The notes beneath the pieces are model-generated. The model was not told the DNA's origin, searched no databases, and worked only from the letters and a program-made list of their open reading frames with translations. This document shows positions 1 to 7,050 of a stretch of 13,224 bases of DNA, piece by piece (within the stretch, counting starts at the first letter, position 1; every line of letters starts with the position of its first letter). The translations under genes were made by a program, and so were the position numbers. This DNA comes from a virus, in the UHGV virus genome UHGV-0142834. One strand, given 5' to 3'.

Positions 1-217
1 ACCATGAAACCCTTACCCATGGCTGTTCTCAGGTGGGGTGCGTGTAATCGTGAAAGAGGAAGGTAGGTTGTTTATCTGTGTCTGTCATTGTCTAGCATTG
101 TCCACTGTAGTTAATTAACTGTCTGTTATAACTCGAAAAACAACCCTTTTTTCACCTGAGTATGTCTACGAACGTCAAATATAGTTGTTTACTGTGCGCT
201 GTTGTCCATGTGATATT

Positions 218-261
218 GTGTACCAGATGTGTACCAAACCATTATTTCTGAGCGTACCAAA
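218..261. repeat. Three direct repeats of a GTACCA core (gtgtaccag / gtgtaccaaa / gcgtaccaaa) immediately upstream of the int start; possible arm-type integrase binding sites or int promoter/operator
   Basis: Read directly: repeats at about 218-226, 229-238, 252-261, ending 9 nt before the int ATG at 270. No Shine-Dalgarno sequence for int in this stretch. Confidence 0.3.
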
Positions 262-269
262 TATTATTT

Positions 270-1448
270 ATGGCTATAAGCGACACAAAACTGCGTACTA
301 TTTATGGTAAACCATATTCGGGCCCACAAGAAGTGGCTGATGCCGATGGCCTCAGCGTACGAATTTCACCGAAGGGGGTCATCCAGTTCCAGTACCGCTA
401 TCGCTGGCATGGCAAGCCTAATCGACTTGGGCTTGGTCGATACCCATCCCTGTCTTTGAAGGATGCCAGACAGATCACTGCTGACTTGCGAAAGCTCTAT
501 TTCTCAGGAACGGATCCACGCACCTATTTTGAAGAGAAGGTGGAGAACTCCATGACGGTCGCCCAGTGTCTCGACTACTGGTTCGACAACTACGTCTCTA
601 CAACTCTCAGAGAAAAGACCCAGGCACTTTACCGATCAACGGTTATGAAGCGCATGCATGACGCCTTTCCTAATCGTCCGGCATCTTCTATCACGGTTAA
701 GCAATGGGTTGACCTGCTTACCGAAGAAGAAAGAGATAATCCACGCCGAGCAAGGCAGGTGCTAAGTCAACTAAGATCAGCAATAAGTTGGTGCATGCGG
801 CGTCAGTTGATAGATAGTTGCGCAATTATGAGCATCCAACCAAGGGACTTCGGCTCCCGCGCTGAGGTAGGGGATCGGGTACTGTCGTATCACGAACTGG
901 CTAAGATTTGGCTTGCTATTGAAAGAAGCCGTGCGTCTACGTCAAATAAGCTACTTCATCAGATGCTTATGCTGTGGGGGGCGAGGCTCTCAGAGCTTAG
1001 GCTGGCAACAAAGACAGAATTTGACCTGCTGGACAACGTATGGACCGTACCGAAAGAGCATAGCAAGATGGGTAATGTTATCCGTCGTCCAATCTTCGAA
1101 CAAATTAAGCCTTTTCTCGAAAAGGCCATGACAACGTACAATGATGTTCTTTTCCCTGGAGAAGACATAAACAAACCGATCAGCATCGCTGCAGCCAACC
1201 GATTCGTAAATAGAATAAGGGGAGGGATGGATCTAGGTTACTGGCGAACACATGATTTCAGAAGAACGCTTGTTACACGTCTGTCCGAGATGAATGTCGA
1301 GCCTCATGTTACTGAGCGAATGCTCGGTCATGAACTTGGCGGGATAATGTCCGTGTACAATAAACACGACTGGATAGAGGCTCAGCGCAAAGCTTATGAG
1401 CTTCACGCTGATAAATTGTTCTGGCACATCAGGAGCATTTCTGGTTAA
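270..1448 (+). CDS. int: Tyrosine site-specific integrase, P4-type (N-terminal arm-binding-like domain plus C-terminal catalytic domain)
   Basis: 392 aa ORF with ATG start. N-terminus (GKPYS..DGLSVRISPKG..FQYRYRWHGK..LGLGRYPSLSLKDAR) resembles the P4/IntS-type integrase N-domain. C-terminus has tyrosine recombinase motifs (HDFRRT, LGHELGG..SVYNKHDW with the catalytic Tyr). Confidence 0.9.
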   Translation: MAISDTKLRTIYGKPYSGPQEVADADGLSVRISPKGVIQFQYRYRWHGKPNRLGLGRYPSLSLKDARQITADLRKLYFSGTDPRTYFEEKVENSMTVAQCLDYWFDNYVSTTLREKTQALYRSTVMKRMHDAFPNRPASSITVKQWVDLLTEEERDNPRRARQVLSQLRSAISWCMRRQLIDSCAIMSIQPRDFGSRAEVGDRVLSYHELAKIWLAIERSRASTSNKLLHQMLMLWGARLSELRLATKTEFDLLDNVWTVPKEHSKMGNVIRRPIFEQIKPFLEKAMTTYNDVLFPGEDINKPISIAAANRFVNRIRGGMDLGYWRTHDFRRTLVTRLSEMNVEPHVTERMLGHELGGIMSVYNKHDWIEAQRKAYELHADKLFWHIRSISG

Positions 1449-1620
1449 CGCCACCGTTAAGAATCCACCCTTCAACAGCTTCACGAAGGTATGATTTTGG
1501 GTGGGTTCTGACTGGCTTCGGAAATCCGTGCCGTTTGGTATAGTTCCAGATTGTCTGACGTGATGAAACACCGAGCTTGTTCATCACTTCTTTCTCAGGA
1601 ATCAGGCTGGTATCGGTCAT
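1429..1620 (-). CDS. xis: AlpA/Xis-like excisionase or small DNA-binding regulator
   Basis: 63 aa, ATG at 1620 with GGAG 9 nt upstream. The pattern LIPEKEVMNKLGVS..TIWNYTKRHGFPKPV..EAVEGWI matches the AlpA/phage excisionase HTH signature (..FPKPV....W...EVE.W). Its 3' end overlaps the int 3' end convergently by 20 bp. Confidence 0.7.
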   Translation of the reverse strand: MTDTSLIPEKEVMNKLGVSSRQTIWNYTKRHGFPKPVRTHPKSYLREAVEGWILNGGVNQKCS

Positions 1621-1720
1621 CTTAATTCTCCAGGCAAAAAGAAACCGCCATATAGCGGCTCTATCAGATATGTACAGGCCTCATCGAGTGTGAGGCGGTG
1701 TGATTTCTTTATTTCCACTC

Positions 1721-1936
1721 TTAATGTTTGTCAGTGAATGGTTTCTCCATCTCCATTAATGCCTTATTCATCTCCTTTCGTAACTCTATAGCCATCCTGA
1801 CGGCTTCAACCTGAGCAGGATGTCGGTTAATTGCTGGAGAATATCGTCGGGAGCGAAGGATTGAGAAAACAAAGATAATGCAAGCAACTATCTGAATTGC
1901 ATTGCATGTTATTGATACAATGTGAATTGCAGCCAT
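1721..1936 (-). CDS. Hypothetical small membrane protein (N-terminal hydrophobic helix)
   Basis: 71 aa ORF, ATG at 1936 preceded by a G-rich stretch. N-terminal segment IVSITCNAIQIVACIIFVFSIL is hydrophobic. Same strand as the rest of the early-left operon. Confidence 0.4.
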   Translation of the reverse strand: MAAIHIVSITCNAIQIVACIIFVFSILRSRRYSPAINRHPAQVEAVRMAIELRKEMNKALMEMEKPFTDKH

Positions 1937-1959
1937 CTACTACCCCCAAAAAACCTCCA

Positions 1960-2127
1960 TCAGGCGGCTGGGTGTTCTTTCAGTTCTTCAATTCGAATAT
2001 TGGTTACGTCTGCATGTGCTATCTGCGCCCATAGCATCCAGTGGTCATAGCAGTCGTTGATGTTCTCTGCTTCGATAACTCTGTTGAATGGTTCTCCATT
2101 CCATTCACCTGTGACTCGGAAGTGCAT
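1960..2127 (-). CDS. Hypothetical small phage protein (55 aa), not on the supplied ORF track
   Basis: Hand-translated: MHFRVTGEWNGEPFNRVIEAENINDCYDHWMLWAQIAHADVTNIRIEELKEHPAA. ATG at 2127..2125 preceded by GGAG with a 7-nt spacer. Lies between the two flanking minus-strand genes without overlap. Confidence 0.45.
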   Translation of the reverse strand: MHFRVTGEWNGEPFNRVIEAENINDCYDHWMLWAQIAHADVTNIRIEELKEHPAA

Positions 2128-2199
2128 TTATCATCTCCATAAAACAAAACTCGCCGTAGCGAGTTCAGATAAAAGAAATCCCCGCGAGTGCGAGGATTG

Positions 2200-2484
2200 T
2201 TATTCATTGCCGATATTCACCTTTATCGCGTACACCTTTACCGGTTTATCGCCGAAGTGAGGATGTGTGATTGTCTTGATTTCATATCCGTCATACGGGA
2301 CGTCAATTCTGCGGCTGGAATCGTCGCGCTTCGGATATCCCTTTGTGATAATCAGGCGGTCATACTCCCGGAACATAATTCGCTTATTCCAGTAGTCATT
2401 ACACAGGCGATACTCTTCCGTTTTCTCTCCGCGAATCATGGCATCGAAGTATTCACCTTTGACGGCAAGTTGCAGGTTAGCCAC
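2200..2484 (-). CDS. Hypothetical protein, possibly ASCH/PUA-like (DUF3850-like) fold
   Basis: 94 aa ORF with a GTG start at 2484..2482 preceded by AGGAGG with a 7-nt spacer. The N-terminal pattern (LAVKGEYFDAMIRGEKTEEYR) resembles ASCH/DUF3850 proteins; this assignment is from memory and weak. Confidence 0.55.
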   Translation of the reverse strand: MANLQLAVKGEYFDAMIRGEKTEEYRLCNDYWNKRIMFREYDRLIITKGYPKRDDSSRRIDVPYDGYEIKTITHPHFGDKPVKVYAIKVNIGNE

Positions 2485-3031
2485 GGTTAACCTCCTGAGG
2501 CGGTTCTGGTAGATGCATCCAGTGGGTTACTCCGTCAATTGGTTCATCGTCGTCGTACTCCAATGCGGCTATATAGAACCCGTCACGACGAGAATAAGAA
2601 ATCCCGGACATTACAATGCCATCCGAAACAACAATAATGTCACCCGTTTCTTCCGGCATTCGCTCACTACAGCTTATCCAACCACCCGGAGTTACCGGAG
2701 AGTTGCCCGATAGTGCATTCTGCTCCAGTGATGCTTTCACAAACCACGCAGCCTGAACTATTACGCCATGAATCCAGCGCAAATCGGCATCACGATTTTC
2801 TTTTTTCATTTTTTCGCCACTTAAAGCCTTGCTTACGTGACTTTTTACCAGATTTTCGTGTAATTCTTTTGCTTCTTCAATTGTGAAACCACCAGGCAAA
2901 TTTGGCGCTTCTGCTTCCAGCGATGCCAGAGCAATTTCATAAGCCCGACGCTCAATATTGTCTCGGACGTCCAGGCTGCCTATACGCTCTCTGATTTCTT
3001 TAATCAGTTCTTTGTCGGTTAAAGTGGTCAT
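2477..3031 (-). CDS. Phage protein with C-terminal DUF551-like domain (Ea22-family type)
   Basis: 184 aa, ATG at 3031. C-terminus GGWISCSERMPEE..DGFYIAALEYDD..VTHWMHLPEPP matches the DUF551 signature common in lambdoid early-left genes. Confidence 0.7.
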   Translation of the reverse strand: MTTLTDKELIKEIRERIGSLDVRDNIERRAYEIALASLEAEAPNLPGGFTIEEAKELHENLVKSHVSKALSGEKMKKENRDADLRWIHGVIVQAAWFVKASLEQNALSGNSPVTPGGWISCSERMPEETGDIIVVSDGIVMSGISYSRRDGFYIAALEYDDDEPIDGVTHWMHLPEPPQEVNRG

Positions 3032-3041
3032 AAATTATGCC

Positions 3042-3278
3042 TCAGTTGTATCCGATTGGATTAACCGCAACAATAACGCCATCCGCGAACAAATCTTTAA
3101 TGAGGTGTTCGCTCGGCTCGCCTTTTTCGTACTCTTCAATAAGGTAAGTGTCTCCATCCTCATTGATATAAACTGGAAGAATGGAACCGTTGATGAAGTA
3201 GGTTCCGTTGTTATCGAGGATTTTTGCCTCGGCGATTTGTTTTTTGGTAAAACGATCTTCTTTTTTCAAAGTTGCCAT
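3042..3278 (-). CDS. Hypothetical phage protein (78 aa)
   Basis: Start moved to the internal ATG (MATLKKEDRF...) at 3278..3276, which is preceded by AAGGAG with about a 7-nt spacer. The longer track ORF (from 3350) would overlap the upstream ORF in another frame. Confidence 0.55.
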   Translation of the reverse strand: MATLKKEDRFTKKQIAEAKILDNNGTYFINGSILPVYINEDGDTYLIEEYEKGEPSEHLIKDLFADGVIVAVNPIGYN

Positions 3279-3279
3279 A

Positions 3280-3468
3280 TCACTCTCCTTTAGTGCGCAA
3301 ATGGTTTTTCCAGCGGTTTTGCGCCGCGCTGGGCTTTTTGCAAAAACCACAATCCATCATCCCGTAATATTTCATCAACCCCATCCGTCGGTTGCTGAGT
3401 CTCACCCACTGCCAGACGCCAGGAGCGTTTCTACGAACTAACAGAATCTTTGCTTTACGGTTTTTCAT
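3280..3468 (-). CDS. Hypothetical small basic protein (62 aa)
   Basis: ATG at 3468 preceded by AGGAGAG with an 8-nt spacer. Its TGA stop (3280..3282) lies 1 nt upstream of the next gene's ATG (3278). No recognisable motif. Confidence 0.35.
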   Translation of the reverse strand: MKNRKAKILLVRRNAPGVWQWVRLSNRRMGLMKYYGMMDCGFCKKPSAAQNRWKNHLRTKGE

Positions 3469-3640
3469 CGCTTTGCTCTCCTGCGTCTCTTTGCTGCTCG
3501 TCGTGCCGCTGCAATACCGGTATGGCGGCGCTTTGGTGCCGGGATGATGTTGTCAGCCATCAGGACATGTGGCTTTGCAATTAGCGCAGAAGCCCAAAAA
3601 CGAGTCGGGTACGGTAACAAGTCGATACATGCCACACGCA

Positions 3641-4129
3641 TTACTCACCTCCTTTGATGCGAATGCCTGTTGCAATGCTGTTTATGATGCTGTCAGTGCA
3701 TGGGGTAGAAAGCTGGGCATCTCCAGCAATTTTCATGACCTCAACATCTGCATATCGAATACCGAGGTGTATCAGACCGGCTATGCCTGACTTAAGCCGA
3801 GCATTTTCCATAAATAGAACTTTTGCCCGCTGTTTTTCTGCTTCAAGCTCAACACGCAGCTTCCCTACCGTTAGCGCAATTTCCTCGTTTTCCTGGTCGC
3901 GGCGTTTGATGTATTGCTGGTTTCTTTCCCGTTCATCCAGCAGTGCCAGCACGGTTTCTGGTCCGGTCAGAAATTTGAAGGCGTTGAGCGCATCAATATC
4001 CACACCGTAATCTTTAAGTTCCTGTTCACTTAACAAGTCATCATCAGCTGGCAACATTAACAGGCGTTCCATTGCTGGAATTGCACGTTCCGCCACCTCA
4101 CGCAGTGCCTGGTAATTAATTTCGCTCAC
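3641..4129 (-). CDS. Ead/Ea22-like coiled-coil phage protein (tentative)
   Basis: 162 aa ORF, GTG start at 4129..4127 preceded by AAAGGAGG with a 7-nt spacer. The GTG overlaps the upstream gene's TGA (GTGA coupling). N-terminus [11 protein letters not shown].. and the coiled-coil middle recall Ea22-like proteins; family call is from memory only. Confidence 0.6.
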   Translation of the reverse strand: MSEINYQALREVAERAIPAMERLLMLPADDDLLSEQELKDYGVDIDALNAFKFLTGPETVLALLDERERNQQYIKRRDQENEEIALTVGKLRVELEAEKQRAKVLFMENARLKSGIAGLIHLGIRYADVEVMKIAGDAQLSTPCTDSIINSIATGIRIKGGE

Positions 4130-4557
4130 TGGTTGCCTCCTTTGCGAAGCTGGGCAGCAAAGTCACGGATAGTGTCATCAAGGTCTGGGCACAACAGATG
4201 GTCAGCAAACATCTCTACCACCTGCGCCCGTACTTCAGCCAGGAAAGCATCGGTGGCTGGGGTTTCAGTAACATCATCTTCCCATTCGCCAAACTCCTCA
4301 CGACAAAAGTCATTAAATTCCTTCTCAGATTGCTTAAGCGAGGTATTTTCTGCAGCCATCTTCGCGCATTTAGCCTCAAGGTTATCAATCGTGATTCCAG
4401 CAGAACGACACTCCCGCAACGCCGTTTCCAGTTTTGATTCAAGCTCACCGAACTTACGCACCAGATATTCAGCGTTTGTTTCGTTAACCTTTAAATCTCG
4501 TGGGATGCATTTACCTTTCAGAAATCCATCCATCCCAATTAGTGACATTTGTTTCAT
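4126..4557 (-). CDS. Hypothetical acidic coiled-coil phage protein (143 aa from the ATG at 4557)
   Basis: The track ORF starts with GTG at 4575. The ATG at 4557..4555 overlaps the TGA of the upstream 54-aa ORF (ATGA coupling) and has GGAG/GGGAAG upstream. Start codon choice is uncertain. Confidence 0.6.
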   Translation of the reverse strand: MKQMSLIGMDGFLKGKCIPRDLKVNETNAEYLVRKFGELESKLETALRECRSAGITIDNLEAKCAKMAAENTSLKQSEKEFNDFCREEFGEWEDDVTETPATDAFLAEVRAQVVEMFADHLLCPDLDDTIRDFAAQLRKGGNQ

Positions 4558-4718
4558 TTCTTCCCACTCCGCCACATCGCATTCAGATATTTGTTTTGAT
4601 TCACTGACGGAAAAGAATTTCTCTTAAGTAATTCCTCTCTCGATGGCATTGGCTTTACGCGCTGGCGAATAATCATTTCTGCCGGAAGAATGCCGGGATT
4701 GTATGCAAGTCCTCTCAT
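4554..4718 (-). CDS. Hypothetical small protein (54 aa), not on the supplied ORF track
   Basis: Hand-translated: [57 protein letters not shown] at 4718..4716 preceded by AGAGGA with an 8-nt spacer. Its stop overlaps the downstream ATG (ATGA). Confidence 0.4.
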   Translation of the reverse strand: MRGLAYNPGILPAEMIIRQRVKPMPSREELLKRNSFPSVNQNKYLNAMWRSGKK

Positions 4719-4734
4719 GGTAAATTCCTCTTTG

Positions 4735-5049
4735 TTAATTTATTCGTATGCCTGCTCTTTCTTCATCGAGTTTTTTTAGCTTGTATCGCATAGCTCTTAC
4801 TGAATAAATTGAGCGGCAGGTTGCAATTGCTATTTCTTCTGCGGAGAACTTACCGAAAAGTGATACTTCGGCTCTTGTCCATCGTCTTCCACGAAGTCGG
4901 CTAACAATGTCAGCTCCAATCCTTGTTGCTTTCGCCATTACTGCTTTTTCAGTCCTTTCCAGTTTTTCAGCGATAACTTCAACTGGCATTGTCGCCGCCA
5001 CTTCGCGCAAGAAATCGACTTCCCATTTCTCCCATGGAGTCTTTTTCAT
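4735..5049 (-). CDS. Small putative DNA-binding protein with two tandem GcrA/Myb-like HTH-like repeats
   Basis: 104 aa, ATG at 5049. Internal duplication visible by eye: [40 protein letters not shown] versus [35 protein letters not shown]. The RBS is weak. Confidence 0.55.
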   Translation of the reverse strand: MKKTPWEKWEVDFLREVAATMPVEVIAEKLERTEKAVMAKATRIGADIVSRLRGRRWTRAEVSLFGKFSAEEIAIATCRSIYSVRAMRYKLKKLDEERAGIRIN

Positions 5050-5060
5050 AGGCGATACCG

Positions 5061-5543
5061 TTATTTGATAAGAAGTGAAGGTTTCCCAACCTTGAGTTGA
5101 GCGCCTGGGATATTTATTCCTGCTTTTAGTTGGTGCTTGATTGCCAACTTGTCGGCTTTAATTGTCGTTTCAAACTCAACGTATTCAGGAGGAAGGGCGC
5201 TTGAGTCGATGATTTCTACAGTTTCTGACGGTTTGCGGATTGTTACCTGGTGAATACCTGCTCTAATCTTTTTCTTGCCAACCATTTCAAGCGATGACGC
5301 TATATATGATTTGATGCTGTCAATCTTATTTTGAATTACTGCGGCTCGCTCATTCAGTGACTTTGCCTCTTCCTTGAGGCGTTCAGCATAACCAGATTCA
5401 TTTTTAATAATGGAAAGAAGTTGCTCTATTTTATCGATAAATTCTCCTTCCATGCCTTCTATTGTGTCAGCAATCATCTCTGGCTCTAAATCTGAATCCA
5501 TCAATTTTGCGTATTCATTGGCAATTTCATACAGTTTGCTCAC
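5061..5543 (-). CDS. Siphovirus Gp157-family protein, a recombination-module accessory protein
   Basis: Track ORF begins at a TTG placed directly after GGAGG, which is implausible. The GTG at 5543..5541 has GGAGG at a 6-nt spacer, giving a 160-aa product. N-terminal LYEIANEYAKLMDSD.. and C-terminal ..PPEY...IPGAQLKVGKPSLLIK match my recollection of the Gp157 family pattern; it sits directly downstream of recT. Confidence 0.6.
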   Translation of the reverse strand: MSKLYEIANEYAKLMDSDLEPEMIADTIEGMEGEFIDKIEQLLSIIKNESGYAERLKEEAKSLNERAAVIQNKIDSIKSYIASSLEMVGKKKIRAGIHQVTIRKPSETVEIIDSSALPPEYVEFETTIKADKLAIKHQLKAGINIPGAQLKVGKPSLLIK

Positions 5544-6429
5544 TGGCAACCTCCAGTTTCGCTTTGCATTCTGCGTAAATGGCTTGTACGTTCTGCTGCA
5601 ATTTCATTCCAGATGTCAGGCGATATGCTTCTGCAAAATATCGCTTCAAATCATCCATGTTTTCTGCCTGAGCCATTTCATCACAAAGAAGTTGTGCTTT
5701 TTCCATAATTTCCTGCTGGCGTTTCCGTTCATCTTCGCGGATATCTTCCTCTGATTTGTGCGGCATAACTGGTTCCTGATGCATACCTTCATCTTCGTTA
5801 AGCAGGTGAATGGCATTATCCAGTCGCTGGGCTTTAGGCCAGTATTTGCTGGCGCGTTTAACTATTGTTTTACGCGCCATCTCTTCCCAGAATGTCTTCC
5901 ACGGTCCATTCTTTGCCTTGCTCGTTGCTTCCACAGCTTTAATTTCTGCCAGACTCATTTCTTCAGTGAGGTAGTCACCATCTGCTGTTTTAACCGTACA
6001 ATAACCACCAACAATAGAGCCTCGCTCACCAAATGCGTTGTATTTGTGGGTTGGTGCTGAATCAAGGCCGTTTGATTCATAGGTGTCGTTTGAGTACACC
6101 AGTTTGCATTGCCCCCACTTAATTGATCCTGTCGACTGTGCAAGGTGAAGTAATCCCATATAGCTGATATCAAGGCAAACCATGCCGTCGCGCGGAACTA
6201 GATAAGCAAGTTTGCTGGCCGGGTTTAAGGTGATGCCGATCGCCGCAACATTGATGATGGCGTTCTGTGCGCTGGTTGGATTTGCCAGTGCCGTTTTAGC
6301 CAGGTAATCGTTTTTCTGGAAATACTGAATTGCAAACTGGCTTTCCTTAGCCCATGTCACCGTCTGTTCAGTCAATGCTCCGCAGAATAACTGCTCCTGC
6401 TGTTTAACGAATTCAACGATATTGCTCAT
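5527..6429 (-). CDS. recT: RecT-family single-strand annealing recombinase
   Basis: 300 aa, ATG at 6429 with GGAG at an 8-nt spacer. The motif NGPWKTFWEEMARKTIVKRASKYWP closely parallels Rac RecT NGPWVTHWEEMAKKTAIRRLFKYLP. The ATG overlaps the upstream gene's TGA (ATGA). Confidence 0.85.
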   Translation of the reverse strand: MSNIVEFVKQQEQLFCGALTEQTVTWAKESQFAIQYFQKNDYLAKTALANPTSAQNAIINVAAIGITLNPASKLAYLVPRDGMVCLDISYMGLLHLAQSTGSIKWGQCKLVYSNDTYESNGLDSAPTHKYNAFGERGSIVGGYCTVKTADGDYLTEEMSLAEIKAVEATSKAKNGPWKTFWEEMARKTIVKRASKYWPKAQRLDNAIHLLNEDEGMHQEPVMPHKSEEDIREDERKRQQEIMEKAQLLCDEMAQAENMDDLKRYFAEAYRLTSGMKLQQNVQAIYAECKAKLEVASEQTV

Positions 6430-6737
6430 GCTGCTTCTCCAAAAATGTGTCTGCGCTTGAATATTGCGAAGGCATATTCAGCCTTAACTCTTTCGGTTAT
6501 TGCATCCCAGAACCATTCAGCGGCTTTTTCCTGATAGTTACAGTCATCATCTTCCAGCCAGTCGATAGCGTCCTTAGTGTGTTCATCTGGTTTATATGAG
6601 CGAAGCATTTCGCTTATTGGGTCGCAACGTTTGCAGAGGCGATCAACTTCACTGTTGATTCGTTCGTAATCATCATCGGTAAAACTTGCGATGATTTGCG
6701 ATATTTCACGCTTATCATTCAGAGTCAGAATCATCAT
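6426..6737 (-). CDS. Hypothetical acidic protein in the gam position (possible host-nuclease inhibitor analogue)
   Basis: 103 aa, ATG at 6737 (or 6734) preceded by AGGAG with a 5-nt spacer. Rich in Asp/Glu and Trp (DDDYER, DWLEDDDCNYQEKAAEWFWD). Translationally coupled to recT. No similarity to lambda Gam noted by eye. Confidence 0.6.
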   Translation of the reverse strand: MMILTLNDKREISQIIASFTDDDYERINSEVDRLCKRCDPISEMLRSYKPDEHTKDAIDWLEDDDCNYQEKAAEWFWDAITERVKAEYAFAIFKRRHIFGEAA

Positions 6738-6822
6738 CTTTCTCCTGTTCTTTGTGCTGATTGAGCATTTTGTTCATCTGACGAATGAATTCTTCGTCTG
6801 ACCAGTTATCTGTAAAACTCAT
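6715..6822 (-). CDS. Small ORF (35 aa) in the kil position, not on the supplied ORF track
   Basis: Hand-translated: MSFTDNWSDEEFIRQMNKMLNQHKEQEKDDDSDSE. Its ATG (6822..6820) overlaps the TGA of the CIII-like gene (ATGA), mirroring the lambda cIII-kil overlap. Its 3' end overlaps the start of the 103-aa gene in another frame. Confidence 0.35.
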   Translation of the reverse strand: MSFTDNWSDEEFIRQMNKMLNQHKEQEKDDDSDSE

Positions 6823-6989
6823 GGACGGACTTGTTGTTTCAAAATATCCCAAAGCTTTTCGAGCAAACTTTTCATTCTTGGTTGTTTAAAGTCTGCTCCG
6901 GTTAAAATATTTTTTCGTGAATGCTGTACCGATAAAATCGGGTTGAAAGGGCGAACCGATGCCGCCCCTGCAATAGCGAACTGTTGCAT
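6819..6989 (-). CDS. CIII-like protein (candidate FtsH inhibitor, 56 aa)
   Basis: Start placed at the ATG 6989..6987 with AAGGAG at a 6-nt spacer; the track ORF starts further up at a TTG. N-terminus MQQFAIAG resembles lambda CIII MQYAIAG, and the C-terminal SLLEKLWDILKQ resembles the CIII amphipathic helix. Comparison is from memory. Confidence 0.45.
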   Translation of the reverse strand: MQQFAIAGAASVRPFNPILSVQHSRKNILTGADFKQPRMKSLLEKLWDILKQQVRP

Positions 6990-7050
6990 AGGATGCTCCT
7001 TCTGTTTGATTGCATAACGAAAACGCCTCGAGTGAAGCGTTATTGGTATG

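Noticed and set aside
1-217. Possible tRNA gene or att core at the left edge
   Set aside because: I could not recognise a tRNA cloverleaf, conserved T-loop (GTTCGAATC-type) or a CCA-proximal acceptor stem in this stretch, and attachment cores cannot be identified without the other prophage end or an empty-site sequence.
913-1571. Track ORFs 913..1131 (+), 959..1198 (-) and 1233..1571 (-) inside or antisense to the integrase gene
   Set aside because: Fully embedded in the well-supported int reading frame region, with no RBS and no recognisable motif; typical shadow ORFs.
1634-1696. Short inverted repeats between the 71-aa ORF and xis (ccgc-catata-gcgg; gcctca-N7-tgaggc) as terminators
   Set aside because: Stems are only 4-6 bp and only the first is followed by a modest U-rich tract. 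Too weak to call, and a terminator here would block xis expression from the leftward operon.
2019-2713. Track ORFs 2019..2207 (-), 2057..2260 (+), 2188..2490 (+) and 2513..2713 (+)
   Set aside because: They overlap better-supported minus-strand genes (the 55-aa ORF with RBS, the ASCH-like gene, the DUF551 gene) in other frames or on the other strand, and have no convincing RBS.
2958-4627. Plus-strand track ORFs 2958..3293, 3208..3441, 3569..3790, 3654..4010, 4133..4627, 4198..4437 and minus-strand 4215..4448
   Set aside because: Antisense or out-of-frame overlaps of the coherent, translationally coupled minus-strand operon. Low-complexity Ser/Arg-rich translations typical of non-coding frames.
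5410-6173. Track ORFs 5410..5754 (+), 5758..6060 (+) and 5955..6173 (-) within recT/Gp157
   Set aside because: Embedded in the RecT coding region, whose RecT signature is clear; no start-site support.
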